Shown here: piece after piece, positions 36,402-50,039 of the stretch | Layout: each line of letters starts with the position of its first letter | Position numbering within the stretch: the stretch's first letter is position 1 | Source of the DNA: Octopus sinensis | Taxonomy: Eukaryota | Direction: 5' to 3' | Assembly (NCBI RefSeq): GCF_006345805.1 | Contig: NC_043016.1 | Span: 8,060,001 to 8,124,000 of the forward strand | DNA length: 64,000 nt | Notes under the pieces: generated by a model | The model's database searches: none | Told to the model about the DNA's origin: nothing | What the model saw: the letters and a program-made list of their open reading frames with translations, nothing else | Translations under genes and position numbers: made by a program

Positions 36402-36781
36402 GAGTATATATATATATGTGTATATATATATGTGTGTGTGTACATATATATGTGTGTATATATATATATGTGTATATATATACTCCCACATACACAGAGC
36501 AAGTTCCTGTAGAAGTGGTTGAATGGCTTCTACTTGAAGTGACTTCAAATCTTAAATTGCTGGGCAAACCTTGACCATAAGGGCCAGTCTTTCAGATATG
36601 TTATTTCTCAGAATGGTACCAGGATCTTAATGATTATAAAGTGAATACCCTAAACATTTTTCTCTATGCATTTTATTTCGTGTGTATGTGAGATATGCAT
36701 ACATACATACATACCCCTGCCACCAAGTAGGTGGCCAGTCAAAATTTGCTCTAAAATTAAAGAGTTAGATAACATACAGAT

Positions 36782-36817
<36 letters not shown>

Positions 36818-37276
36818 ATAGGCATAATTGTTTCAATGTCAACTTTCCTTTGCTTGTCTGGGTCAGATGGAATTCATCGAGGAATTCTAGTGTTTCATGA
36901 CCCTTCCTGGTTGATGCCAAACCTCGTCCGTTTCCATGTAAGGTAACATCTCCCTACTGCCAGACGTGCGAAATAGTAATTGTATGATAGTGACACTCAT
37001 TTTCAACCATCATGCGATGTCAGGGTAAAAGTCCACACACACACACACATATACACAAGTGTGTATAGGCCTAACATCTAGAAAGAAACCATTTTGAATT
37101 TGTTTCGTACCCCCTTTACTCTCTCGAGATGCCTGAAAAGATATGTTCATTCTAGGAGTGTACGAGTCACTGTTATTAAATATATGTAACTCCTACCAAA
37201 TGTGTTAATTGCCACTTTCTTTTGTTCATTTATCCACTCACTTCTATGTATGTATGTTTGTTTGTATATATATATA

Positions 37277-37790
37277 TCATCATCATCATTTAACGTCCGT
37301 TTTCCATGCTAGCATGGGTTGGACGATTTGGAGGTCTGGCGAACCAGACTCCAATCTGATCTGGCAGAGTTTCTACAGCTGGATGCCCTTCCTGACGCCA
37401 ACCACTCTGAGAGTATAGTGGGTGCTTTTATGTACCACCAGCACGAGGGCCAGTTTGGTGGAACTGGCAATGGCCACGCCCAAATGGTGCTTTTTATGTG
37501 CCACCTGCACAGGAGCCAGTCCAGTAGCACTGGCGACGACCTCGCTCGAATGTTTCACATGTCACCAGCACAAGTGCTAGTAAGGCGATGCAGTAATGAT
37601 CATGCTCAAATGGTGTGTTTAACATGCCATCGGCATGAAGGCCAGCTTGTTGCTCTGGCAACGATCTCACTCGTATGGTACTCTTAGCGCTCCACTAGCA
37701 ACGGATGCCAGTCACCGAGTTTGATTTCGACTTTGATTTCACTTGCCTCAATTGGTCTTCGTGAGCAGAGTTTAGTGTCCAATGAAGAAA
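37277..37790 (-). mobile_element. Family R element with ~5 internal units
   Basis: (cat)n ttaacgtccgttttccatgctagc...gatttcacttgcctcaattggtcttc. Confidence 0.88.
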
Positions 37791-37795
37791 AGGCA

Positions 37796-37839
<44 letters not shown>

Positions 37840-38229
37840 CACAAAACAGGAAAGTGCATATTTTTGGGTATTATTTATGCTCCATTACATGTGTTTCATT
37901 TGCTAACAGGAATAGGTTTACATGTTATATAGACATGCAAAGCATTTTCTATAGGAAATTTTCAGACAGAGAAAATTTTAGCAAGTGAGACAAGTGGCAC
38001 ATGTAATGGAGAATAATAATACCAAACAAAATTTCCATTTTCCTCTTTCGTTTATTATCCAACAACTCTGCAAGTAATATTTCCATAATTCTCAATTTTT
38101 GTGTGCGTTTTGATATTCATTACAACACTAACTATGGATCCATATTGATTGCAATAATGGAATAAGCAGATGTGCTTCAAGATGAAACAGCTGGGATTTA
38201 CCCACCACGTTTTCTGATTCAACCTTTTT

Positions 38230-38401
38230 AGGTGCAGGTGTGGTTGTGTGGTAAGTAGCTTGCTTCTCAACCACATGGTTCCAGGTTCAGTCCCACTGCA
38301 TGCCTCCTTGGGTTAATGTTTTCTACTATAACCTGGACCGACCAAAACTTGTGAGTGAATTTGGTAGATGAAAACTGAAAGAAGCCCATCATATTTATTT
38401 A

Positions 38402-38434
<33 letters not shown>

Positions 38435-38467
38435 CATACATACATACATACATATATACATACACAC

Positions 38468-38517
<50 letters not shown>

Positions 38518-39611
38518 TATATATATGGCATAGGAGTGGCTGTGTGGTAAGTAGCTTGCTTAAGAACCACGTAGTTCTGGGTTCAGTTCAACTGCATGGC
38601 ACCTTGGGCAAGTTTCTTCTACCATAGCCTCGGGCTGACCAAAGCCTTGTGAAAAGGAAACTGAAAGAAGCCTGTCATATATATGTATGGGTGTGTTTGT
38701 GGGTCTGTCCCCCAAACATCACTTGACAACCGATGCTGGTGTGTTTACGTCCCCATAACTTTGCGGTTCGGCAAAAGAGACTGATAGAATAAGTACTAGG
38801 CTTACAAAGAATAAGCCCTGAGGTCTATTTGTTCATCTAAAGGCGGTGATCCAGCATGGCCACAGTCAAATGACTGAAACAAGTAAATGAATAAAAGAGT
38901 ATATATACATATATATAGTGTGTGTGTGTGTATATATTTATGTGTCTCTGTTTGCCCCTCCCCCCCACCATTGCTTGACAACTGATGTTGGTGTGTTTAG
39001 GTCTCCATAACATAGCGGTTTGCTAAAAGACATCGATGGAATAAGTCCTGGGGTTGATTTGTTCGACTAAAGGCAGTGCTCCAGCATGGCTGCAGTCAAA
39101 TGACTGAAACAAGTAAAACAGTATACATACATACATACATACATACACAAAGGAATTCCACTCAGTTTTAGTCTGCAAATTCACGCACATGCCATTGGTC
39201 AATCTGGGTCTATAGTAGAAGATATTTCTCCAAGTTGTGCAGTGGAAACGAACTTTTTAAGCCAATGGCAGTTGGGAAGCAAGCTCCTTAATCGCATGGT
39301 CATATCTGCAAACATGTTCAAAGAACTGACGAATTCTATGGAATCGGATACTCCACTCTTCTTGGGAGGAGGGGGTAGGTAGACTCTGGCTGAGATATAA
39401 GGACATGCCTAAACATAATGTGGAGCCGTCCCCCCCCCCGTTTTCCTTCCTCCTCCTGGGCCTTTCATACTCACAGCTGGATCACAGTAGCTGAGGGCAT
39501 GGACCCAGTGGGGAAGATTAGTTCACTGTGATATTATATGACTTGCAACATTTCATATGGACAGTATCAGTGACTAATGATGGTCTATTTATGATATATG
39601 AATATAGAAAC

Positions 39612-39645
<34 letters not shown>

Positions 39646-40080
39646 GTCTGGTGTGTTAATATATATATATTACAGGAGTGGCTGTGTGGTAAGTAGCTTG
39701 CTAACCAACCACATGGTTCTGGGTTCAGTCCCACTGCGTGGCACCTTGGGCAAGTGTCTTCTACTATAGCCTCAGCCCGACTAATGCCTTGTGAGTGGAT
39801 TTGGTAGACGGAAACTAAAAGAAGCCTGTCGTATATATATATATACATATATATATGTATATGTGTGTTTGTGTGTCTGTGTTTGTCCCCCTAGCATTGT
39901 TTGACAACCGATGCTGGTGTGTTTACGTCCCCGTCACTTACCAGTTCGGCAAAAGAGACCGATAGTATAAGTACTGGGCTTACAAAGAATAAGTCCCGGG
40001 GTTGATTTGCTCGACTAAAAGGCGGTGCTCCAGCATGGCCGCAGTCAAATGACTGAAACAAGTAAAAGAGAGAAAAGAGA
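38230..40080 (+). mobile_element. Cluster of family B copies (about 38230-38395, 38528-38900, 38940-39120, 39150-39305 minus, 39672-40080)
   Basis: Repeated B head, body and tail text. Confidence 0.82.
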
Positions 40081-40105
40081 GTATATACATGCCTGTGTGT
40101 GTGTG

Positions 40106-40142
<37 letters not shown>

Positions 40143-40634
40143 GTGTGTATTTATATATTTACATGCACATGTATGTACATATTTATGCTTACCAATATAG
40201 TATAACTTATACATTGTTGCATATGTACGGTGTGTGTGTGTGTGTGTGTAGTTTCTTTTGTTTCTGTATTTACACAAACATATATGTATATGTGTACATC
40301 TGTGTATTTATGTTGATGTGAGTATCTATGTGTATGTGCACACACACACACACACACACATCTACATGTCTGTGTGTGTGTGTGTGTGTTTGAGTTCTTA
40401 CTTATACATACATACATCTGTGTCTGTTTCGTTAGAGAGAGACAGGTTGTATAGTTAATTAATGTTGGAGTCAGAAAAGAATAGCAACAGATATGATATA
40501 TATATACACACACACACACACACGACTGACACCTTTTCAACTACTTAACGATGATGTCTGTACAGATTTGTCTCCATGATCAGTGCATACTTAGAGTGGT
40601 GGGCGGTGCCCGATGGAATTCCCCAGAGATTTGG

Positions 40635-40677
<43 letters not shown>

Positions 40678-41199
40678 ATTCTTCTTTCCTTTTTCTTAAT
40701 TCATCTGCAGTTAGCTTAACTCATTTTGTTGAGAACTAAATATCACTTAATAACCATCACAACAACACTCTTCCTTCTACTTTCTGGTTAATTCACTTCA
40801 TAAAACAAAGCAAGGCTTTATACATACTTTTATTTTTTTTGTTTTTGTTTTACCTACTTCCATATTCTTTTTCCTTCCTTCTCTCTCTCTCTCTCATATC
40901 CATCCACACCTTAATTTTGTTTTCCCTTTTTTTCCTCCCTGTCTAACTTCAGTTATTTAGTTGTTTTTTTTTTTTTCTTCTTTTCATTGGCTTGTTAATT
41001 ATCATCAGGCAAAAACTGCCTTGCAGCATTTCTTCCAGACTCTGCTTCATTCTAAGTTCATATCCCACCAAGGTCACCATTACTTTTCTTACTACAGGGA
41101 TTGACAAAAATAAAGTACCAGTTAAAGACTAGTATAAAAATTCAACCAATTGATGATGCCCCACCCCACCCCATCCCACTTCCAACGAATTCCATGCCT

Positions 41200-41940
41200 T
41201 TGTACCTGTTAGAAAAAGGTAATAATAACCTGGCAGAATGGTAAGAGCACCATACAAAATGCTTTACACTTTCCATTTTAGTTTACCATCTTCTGATTTG
41301 AGCCCCCGCCCCCACACACACACACTCACCTCAAAGCCAACATGGCTTTTTGTCCCTTAAAGGTTCAATGAAATAAAGTAACAGTCAAGTGCTGTGGGGG
41401 TGGGGTTGGGGGGGTCAATGTAATCAACTTCCCCCTCCCCTCAAAATTTCTGGCCTTGTGCCAAAATTAGGAAAATTATTACTTAGTTGGTGAGCTGGCA
41501 AAATCGGTAGCACACCAGGAAAAAGTGCTTTTGTGACATTTTGTCCATCTTTATGCTCTGCTTTTAAAATTCCACCGAGGTTGACTTTGTCTTTTGCGTT
41601 TTTGGAGTTGAGAAAATTAGTACCATTTAAGCACTGGGAAGGGGGGGGGGGTTACAAATTTCTGGTCCTTGTGCCTTATAGCAGAAAGGTTTAATATTAT
41701 CATTATTATTAAGGTGGCAATCTGGCAAGAATTGTTAACATGGTGGGCAAAATGCTTAGCAACATTTCATCTGCCTATATATTCTGAGTTCAAACGCCAC
41801 CAAAATTGACTTTATCTTTCATTCTATCAGGTGTTGAGGAAATAAGTACCAGTTGAATATTGAGGTCGATATAATCAGTGAGCCCCCCCCCCTCCACTCC
41901 CTCAAAATTGCTGACCATGTTCCAAAAATAGAAACAGTTC
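41200..41940 (+). mobile_element. Chain of three diverged family A ((ATT)n-tail) copies
   Basis: Repeated ctggcagaa...gttagc...gactttg.ctt...aagtacca...aaaattt.tggccttgtg. Confidence 0.7.
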
Positions 41941-41944
41941 TTTT

Positions 41945-42235
41945 TTTATCTTGGGGTTTTGTTGTAACTCCTGGAGTCTTGCATGCGTAGCAGGCTTACT
42001 ACCTGCAGCCTTTGGCACCATGCTATCTGTTCTTTTGAACTATCTAATACTTTCCTGATAGTTCTGGCCATGCCTAGGATGCAAACCTTTTGTAACAGTT
42101 TTGTTGGACACTCTATTCCAGTTTCCTTTATATCCTTTATATATGATGCCTTCTGATACTGTCCCCAAGGACCCAACAATAATTGGCACTATCCTCCTCA
42201 CCTTCTTCATTTTCCATTGCTGGGCTATTTTTTAC
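41945..42235 (-). mobile_element. 3' end of an RLE-type (R4/Dong/Hero/NeSL-like) non-LTR retrotransposon
   Basis: Minus strand MKKVRRIVPIIVGSLGTV, frameshifted into LLQKVCILGMARTIRKVLD, matching the PIVIGALG and LQKxxLLGTARILRxVL C-terminal motifs of RLE elements. Confidence 0.75.
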
Positions 42236-42243
42236 TTAAAAAG

Positions 42244-42275
<32 letters not shown>

Positions 42276-42377
42276 GGCGGTGAGCTGACAGAATTGTTCA
42301 CACACTATTTTGTCTGGTTATACATTCTGAGTTCAACTGCCACCAAGGTTGAAGTACCAACTGGATATTGGGGATGG

Positions 42378-42560
42378 TCCAATGTGCGCAACGATGTTGT
42401 TAAACCTCCGTTAACAGCATTGTGTGCAAGTCCTTTCCATTTTCTTTCACGCACAGATAAATTTTTCACTATAGACCTTAATGGTCGTAAAGACACTATA
42501 TCAGTGGATAGACTAAAAAAGGCCTTCATAGAGAAAACTGTCCCTGTTCCCACTGCAGAC
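42378..42560 (+). mobile_element. Gypsy/Ty3 integrase C-terminal (GPY/F module) remnant
   Basis: VRNDVVKPPLTALCASPFHFLSRTDKFFTIDLNGRKDTISVDRLKKAF matches VRxDAVRxPLxPPYxGPFxVLxRxxKxFxIxxNGxxxxVSIDRLKPA. Confidence 0.8.
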
Positions 42561-42929
42561 GACACACACACACACACACAGCATTACAAACATGGCCCAC
42601 GCACCCACCTTCACATTTCCATGACTACCACAGGGATTGACCTGGTACCGGTCAAGGATTCTGGATTATTTTACTTGTTTTTTTACTTATTTTTTGAGAG
42701 CAATCCGGTTAATTTTTAGTATTCTCATTTGTGAGAGCAGTGGAGTTTATTTCAGATATTCTCATTTTAAAAATCATTTCCAGCTAATCGTTGAGAGGAC
42801 GTTGATTGTTGCTTTGGTGGAGGTTTGCGCTGCTCTCTGAGTGGTCTTGTTATTGTAGTAATGGTTGGTGTGTTGGCAGTGTTATCACCTTATGTTCCCA
42901 GGAATTATTTTGCTTGTCATTACTATATA

Positions 42930-42956
42930 TATATGATGTCTGTGTGTGTGTGTGTG

Positions 42957-42995
<39 letters not shown>

Positions 42996-42998
42996 GTC

Positions 42999-43031
<33 letters not shown>

Positions 43032-43135
43032 GATGTCTGTGTGTGTGTGTGTGTATGTATATATATAATGTCTGTGTGTGTGTGTATATATATATATATA
43101 TAATGTCTGTGTGTGTGTGTATGTATATATATATA
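42930..43135. repeat. Compound (TA)n-ATGTC-(TG)n unit, about 6 copies
   Basis: Direct reading. Confidence 0.9.
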
Positions 43136-44218
43136 TTTGTATCAGCCATATGTATTGTGTGTTTAAAGTTTGATGTTTTGCCAGTTCAGTCTGTAAAGGG
43201 AGATGAGTTGAGTGAATTTCTAAAACAAATCAATCAGAATAAAAAATGTGATTTGGTTGGGGGGGGGGGGTGCAGTGCAGGGAGCAGTAAATAAATAGAA
43301 AAAAAAAATAAAAGAAAGACCAGGTGAAGTAAGGGGCAGGGGCAAATAACACCGATCTGCCTTCTCCCTCCTTCCAACCTCTGCTCCTCTGCACCGTTAT
43401 TTAAAATAATCATAATCATGTTAAAGAAATTACACGCTGGTTGCATATAATGCAATTATTGAATATAATGCGATATTGATTCCTTTTTGACAAGGTACAA
43501 TACCAAATTTTTATAGCAGGGGTCAAGATAGTCAATTGAATTGATGACCCCCTAGGAATAATTACTCTTTCATTTTTTTTTATATTTAATTTTATTATTA
43601 TTTTTTTTTTTCCCCCCAGTATCAATCCTAAAGTAGTGGAAAGGTAAAATTCATACACTGTTTTCTCTCTCTCTCTTTCTCTCTGCATATTTTGAACTTT
43701 TCCACAGAATAAATGATGTGATATTTGCATATTTGGGCAAAATTATTATTATTATTATTGGAAAAGGCAACAAAAAAAAATTGTTTCACTTTTGACGTTT
43801 TTTTTTTTTTTTGCAACCTTTCATTAATTATTTTGTTTACAGTATTTTCCCCGTTAAGGACTGTTGAGTTGCAGATAACAGTTGAATATCGAACAAAATG
43901 ACTTGCTATATTGCAATCTTAGTTCAAATTTTACTCTGGGGAGAGAGAGGGAGGGAGGGCTTGAGAGAAGGTCGACTTTGCCGTATTTTTTTTGTTTTTT
44001 TTTTAATCTTTCATGAGCGGTAGGCCATTAAATAAAATAGATTCCCACTCATGCTCAAATAGTAGAGTTGATAAAATGAAGTCCCACTCAAGTATTGGAG
44101 GTGATTTCTATAAAGCAGCCTTTGAAGTGGGTAGGGGTAGCAGTCAATAAAACAAAGTACCAGTTAAATATTTGGGATGGAGGTAGATAGTATCTATGAC
44201 TGTACTGCTTCTACTACC

Positions 44219-44449
44219 TATTTCTTTACTACCCACAAGGGGCTAAACAGAGATGGGACAAACAAGGACAGACAAACGGATTAAGTCTATTATATCAACC
44301 CCAGTGCGTAACTGGTACTTATTTAATCGACCCCGAAAGGATGAAAGGCAAAGTTGACCTTGGTGGAATTTGAACTCAGAACATAGTGGCAGACGAAATA
44401 CAGCTACGCATTTTGCCCGGCATGCTAACGATTCTGCCAGCTCACCGCC
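44219..44449 (-). mobile_element. Family A SINE with 9-bp TSD
   Basis: tctactacc on both sides. Confidence 0.9.
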
Positions 44450-44548
44450 TCTACTACCACTGCTGAGAGCTCCATTCTGCTGATGATTAAGTGATAGAAT
44501 GGACTATATAACTCGCTCCCCCACCACCAAATGTGTCACTTTGTGCCT

Positions 44549-44995
44549 AATCATCATCATCATTTAACATCCGTTGTCCATGCTGGCATGGGTTGGATGA
44601 TTTGACTAGGTTTCCATGCTGGAAAGCTGTGCCAAGCTCCAGTCTGATATGGCATGGTTTTCTAGGACTCGATGCCCTTCCTAACACCAGCCACTCCAAG
44701 TGTGTAATGGATGCTTTTACGCGCCATCATCACAGGGTGCCATTTACATGACACCGGTATCTGCCAGAACTGCAATTTTGCTTAGTTTGATGGGTCTCCT
44801 TCTCAAGCACAGCATAATTAATGCCAAAGGTCTTGGTCATTGCCTCTGTGAGGCCCAACACTCAAAAGGAACTCAGTCACTTTGCCTCCAGGGGGGGCCC
44901 AACGCATGAAAGGAATTCAGCCACCTCACCTCCATGAGGCCCAGTGCTCAAAAAGAACTTAGCTACTTTGGCTCCACAAAGCCCAATGCATATGG
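44549..44995 (-). mobile_element. Family R variant with three ~45-bp internal units
   Basis: (cat)n ttaacatccgttgtccatgctggc; aggcccaa...aaggaactcagtcactttgcctcc recurs at 44851-44990. Confidence 0.78.
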
Positions 44996-45184
44996 AATCA
45001 TTTTACCATTATGTCATAAATTATTCGGTGTATATGTGCTTTTGTGTGTATGAGTTTCTGTGATAAAATTGTTTATTTTACTGTATTAACAAAGTAGGAA
45101 TTTGTAGTGGGACATATAATGAGGATGGTAATAACAACAATAATGACGCTTTCTACTATAGGCACAAGTTCTGAGATTTTGTGG

Positions 45185-45400
45185 GAGGGCATCCAGCTGT
45201 AAAAACCATGCCAAAATTGACTTCACTTATGCTGGTGTCATGTAAAAAGCACTCAGTCCACTCTGTAGAGTGGTTGGTGTTAGGAAGGGCATCCAGCCAT
45301 AAAAAACCCTGCCGAAACAGATACAGTAGCCAGGGTTAGTCTTCTACCTGGCCAGCTCCTGGCAAGTGTTCTGCCCATGCATGCATGGAAGATGGATGTT
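45185..45400 (+). mobile_element. Family R fragment
   Basis: gagtggttggtgttaggaagggcatccagcc...catgcatggaagatggatgtt. Confidence 0.7.
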
Positions 45401-45440
45401 ATATATATGCATGTATATCACATGTTATATATTATATATG

Positions 45441-45496
<56 letters not shown>

Positions 45497-45527
45497 ATGT
45501 GGGTATAACTATTTATATATATATATT

Positions 45528-45835
45528 GAGGCGCAATGGCCCAGTGGTTAGGGCATCAGACTCGCAGTTGTAGGATCCCGGTTTCGATCCCTAGACCGGA
45601 CGTTGTGAGTGTTTATTGAGCGAAAACACCTAAAGCTCCTCAAGGCTCCGGCAGAGGGTGGTGGCGATCCCTGCTGTACTCTTCCACCCCAACATTCTCT
45701 CACTCTTTCTTCTGTTGGCCTGCTTGCTTAGCCAGTGGGGTGGCATCATTTGAAGGCTAAAACAATGCGAAGCGCATTTTGGCCAGTGATGTGTAGCAAC
45801 ATCTGATAGCCTGGTCACTCACATGATCATGTGAT
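45528..45835 (+). mobile_element. Family C tRNA-derived SINE
   Basis: gaggcgcaatggcccagtggttagggcatcagactcgc...; paralogous to 20680-20986. Confidence 0.88.
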
Positions 45836-46266
45836 TATATATATATATGTATATATATATGCATAACCATTAAGTATATGATTTAACTTATCAGAGTTCA
45901 ACAAGTTCATTCATATTTACATAAATGGAGGAGATTCGATGTTAATATGAATAATTGTTTTTATTCATGTAGCTATACAATTCTTTCATACAGAATGACA
46001 AGAAATACATGCTTAAGAATCTGAGTCGTCATTAAGTACCTACCGGTAGCTGGAAAGAACCTACTATAAAGACATTAGAAATTACCTAGGTATGGTGTTA
46101 TTAATCCATTTTGTAATGTGTTATAGTTCTTGGAGTCATGTCTGTTTATAAAAATTTCCTTACTAGTCACAGCAGTCTGGAAGGTTACATGAAACTCTGA
46201 GTAACAATTTGTGAATATTTTGTCAGCTGCAATAAAATAGTGTATGTATGTACAGATGGTGTAGTG

Positions 46267-46805
46267 CAGAGGTTCTCAAACTTCTTGGGCCACTGCCCTG
46301 CTCATAGTTACATAATACTCTCATCCTTATTTTTATGTATAAATAAATATTTTATATTTTACTAATTTATATATACTTATTTCTTTACTGCCCACAAGGG
46401 GCTACACACAGAGGGGACAAACGGATTAAGTCGATTACATCGACCCCGGTGCGTAACTGGTACTTAATTTATCGACCCTGAAAGGAAGAAGGGCAAAGTT
46501 GACCTCGGCGGAATTTGAACTCAGAACGTAACGGCAGACAAAATATGGCTACGCATTTCGCCTGACGTGCTAACACTTCCGCCAGCTCGCACTATGAATC
46601 ATTTGATATTTTATATAATATTATATAATTTGTATGCAATACTATAATAACATTATAATAAATTCATAGGGGGGGGGGGGCTAATCCACTGCCTTACTCC
46701 CAATGCCTCCTTTTTCTCTACCGCCCCCTTAGGCACCAGCACCCACCTGAACCATCCCAATGCCCAAGGGAGGAGGGGTGGTAGCACCCACTTTGAGAAC
46801 TTATG
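46267..46805. mobile_element. hAT (Charlie-like) MITE with 8-bp TSD, interrupted by a family A SINE (46378-46590, minus)
   Basis: Termini cagaggttctcaaa / tttgagaacttatg; flanks gtgtagtg (46259-46266) and ctgtagtg (46806-46813). Confidence 0.72.
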
Positions 46806-47829
46806 CTGTAGTGCCTGAAATTCTAGTCCTCTAAGTCACAAATATAACATTACAATCAGACACATGACACCCTCAAACACACACACACTGAGAGTTTTCC
46901 TTTGAAAATATTTCATATTTTTTTTTATCTTTTCTTACTTAGTCATGTCAGTCGTCAATGATAATTTGAAAATAAAGCTATTTATTTATTTATTTATTTT
47001 TGCCTGTTGGCATGTGAGCTGGTTTAGTATATTATAAGTACAGGTGATTGCCAGATTGTACAGGTGTCTGTGAGGACCCACATACACACACACATACACC
47101 CAAAAGATAGTATACCCTCCCTGAAGGGTCTCTTCTTCATTCAGTCAGTCAGTAGCTTTTTATTTTGTTTTTGTTTTTTTTTTGTTTTTTGTTTTTTTTT
47201 AATCTTTTGTTGATGTTGGTTAAAATATGTTATTTCAGCTCATATGTAACCTTTTTTTCCTGCTGAATTATCTGACCTGGAATTATTTTCTTTGTTGCCT
47301 CAAGTCAGATACTTCCACATTTTGTCATCTGTTTTGTTTGTTTGGTTTTTTTTGGGGGGGGGGGGGGCGGGGGGGGGGGGGGGGGGTGGGGGGGTGAGTA
47401 TATTTTTTTAAAAATCATATTTAATTTTATAGGGGTCTTTTTTTTTTTCTTTCTTATTGTTGTCGTGTTAACTTCTTCAGATTGATGTTAAAGTGGGGAA
47501 AGAGGAGAGATGGTCAAAATGTTGTAGTGTGTGTGTGTGTGTGGACAGAGAAAGAGAGTGAGGATAAAAAGAAAGATAGAGTGGAGACAAAAAGAGAGAG
47601 AGGGAGAAAGAGATGAGACAGACAGAAAGTGAGAGGGGACAGATAAGGAGAGAGTCGGGAAGATAGAGAGAGAGAGAGAGAGCAGAGATAAATGTCGCCT
47701 TTAACATATTTTTAGAGCACCCTTTAGATGCCTTGACTAATCTGTTCTTGTTATTCTTGTTGTTTAGCTCTCGGGGTCAGACTTGTTCCAGCAAACCTGT
47801 GATCATCTATTTCTAGAACCAACTATTTT

Positions 47830-48330
47830 TAAAGTCATCCTCAAGGTCAAAGGTGTCATAGTGTCGCTCACTAAAAACCTATGTCAAAACCCTTTCACTC
47901 GTTGTCTACTTTTAAGTGAATGCGAATGATTGTCATACATCATAGCTTGAATCTCCATTCCAGAACCCAAATATTGTCTAGAATATTGACCTACTGTCTA
48001 TACAAGTCATAGGCAATCTACATCCTTACAGGACTTTCTGAATGGCATGCCTAACAAAAAACTTACCTTGGATTTTTAGAAGTGCGGCCTGCCTGATGAC
48101 AAGTCATATCTTATGTGGCCTAATCTTCAAAACGGGTTGTTCATACCTGGGTTAGTATATAGATCTATAGAGACATACAACTAGACTAATCTCTTCTGTC
48201 AACCAGTCATCCATCAGATCATGGTCTTTCTGAGCATCAACACACTAAAGCTTTGACAACTACCAGCTGACTTGATTGAAACCTTCAGGATTATCTATCA
48301 TCTCCGACCATGACTTGTGCCACTTTTTTT
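47830..48330 (+). mobile_element. CR1-like LINE ORF2 C-terminal remnant, strongly decayed
   Basis: INTLKL*QLPADLIETFRII near 48236-48295 matches LxTLxxRRLxxDLIETFKI; an upstream NP..xNIDLL-like segment. Confidence 0.55.
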
Positions 48331-48335
48331 TTAGT

Positions 48336-48839
48336 TTATCCCTTTAGCATTTAAACTTGTCATATCTGGCCTAAAAATTCTACCTGTTTTATAATCAAAA
48401 TGGCCAGATCTGGCTTTTCACACCTCCCCTACAATGTCATTTGAAAACTAAATGAGCACTAAAATGTCTAAGCCAGTACCACGTAAAAAGTACCCCTGTC
48501 AGTGCCATGTAAGAACTCATGTATAAAGCACCAGTGCTGGTGCTACGTAACAGCACTGGTGCTAGTGCTGCCATGTAAAAAGCACCCCAGTACACTCCCT
48601 AAAGTAGTTGGCATTGGGAAGGGCATCCAGCCATAGGAATCAAGCCAAAACAAACAATTGGAACTTGGTGCAGTTCTCCAGCTGGCCAGCTTCTCTCAAA
48701 CCATTCTACCCATGCCAACATGGAAGATGGACATTAAATGATGATGATGATGATGATAAGATAATGCATGATTAATTCAAAAAGAGGTAAAGAAACAAAC
48801 ATTAAATTTGATAGAGTAACCTGAATTTTAAAGGGTTAA
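48336..48839. mobile_element. piggyBac-like MITE interrupted by a family R copy (48470-48757)
   Basis: ttatccctttagcat...tttaaagggttaa; body homologous to 49586 and 53636. Confidence 0.7.
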
Positions 48840-49022
48840 TGTTTGAACCACTTGAATTATGGTTATAAAATCCTTTTTTATACAAAAACTAAAATATCAG
48901 CACAATGCTCAAGCTTTTAATGCTAAGAATTATTGAAGCATTTTGATAATCTACTTCAATTGTTTACTATATTCTTCAAAATATTCCATGCATCCTGTAA
49001 CCCACCTACACTACTCATGGGT

Positions 49023-49254
49023 AAGGTGGCGGGCTGGCAGAAATGTTAGCACGCCGGGCGAAATGCGTAGCCGTATTTCGTCTGTCGTTACATTCTGAGT
49101 TCAAATTCCGCAGAGGCCAACTTTGCCTTTCATCCTTTCGGGGTCGATTAAATAAGTACCAGTTACGCTCTGGGATCAATGTAATCGACTTAATCCCTTT
49201 GTCTGCCCTTGTTTGTCCCCTCTATGTTTAGCCCCATGTGGGCAGTAAAGAAAT
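49023..49254 (+). mobile_element. Family A SINE with 14-bp TSD
   Basis: tacactactcatgg before the head and again after a short (TA)n extension of the tail. Confidence 0.92.
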
Positions 49255-49585
49255 ATATATATATATATACACTACTCATGGTTAACCCCCACACTTTTTT
49301 CCCCTCTCTGTAACTCTTAAGCATTATACATTTTTGTCTGACCACTGTGTACTCTGCTGGTTCCTTGTAATGGCTATTCATACCATCTTTCTTTGTTCCA
49401 CCGATTTCTAGCTGTTTTTTTTGTTTTCCTTTTTTTCTTTCTTTGATATTTGTAATACATCTTAACAGTATGCAATGAACGTATTGTTTATATTTAGCCA
49501 TTCAAGAACACATAATGTACTTGTTAACTTCACTCAAACATTTATTGTTTGGTGTCAAAATTTTTCATTGCACCACAATAAATAT

Positions 49586-49840
49586 TTAACCCTTTAGCAT
49601 TCAAACTGGCCATTTCTGGCCCCCAATGTTCTACTTGCTTTATGTCCAAACAAACCAGATCTCACCTACCCTTCAATGCCATTCTAACACCTCACGCCTA
49701 CCCTTCAGTGCCATTTTAAAACTAAACAATTCCATCATTGAAATTTCAAAGCTATGAGATTAATGCATCGTTAATTCAAAATAATTTGAATAGATAAGCA
49801 TTATATTTGACAGAATAAATCTGAATGCTAAAGGTTTTTA
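49586..49840. mobile_element. piggyBac-like MITE
   Basis: ttaaccctttagcattc...gaatgctaaaggttttta inverted termini. Confidence 0.78.
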
Positions 49841-50039
49841 AGTGAACTTAACAGTCCATTCTGTGTTTTTGAATGGCTAATATGTATCTTCAATACTGAC
49901 TGTTTTAGTTTTAGCATGTGGTCTCAAGATCAAATCACTTACCTGGCAAGTAGTACACCTCCAAAGTTATTATTTTATCTTATTCCTTCTGTCTTTTTAC
50001 TTTTTTTTTTTAAGACATAGTATATCTCTGACAACCTTC

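Noticed and set aside
47352-47395. Long G-run as a G-quadruplex element (also 22843-22860, 41639-41651, 46671-46680)
   Set aside because: Homopolymer runs of uncertain length are error-prone in assemblies; no further support.
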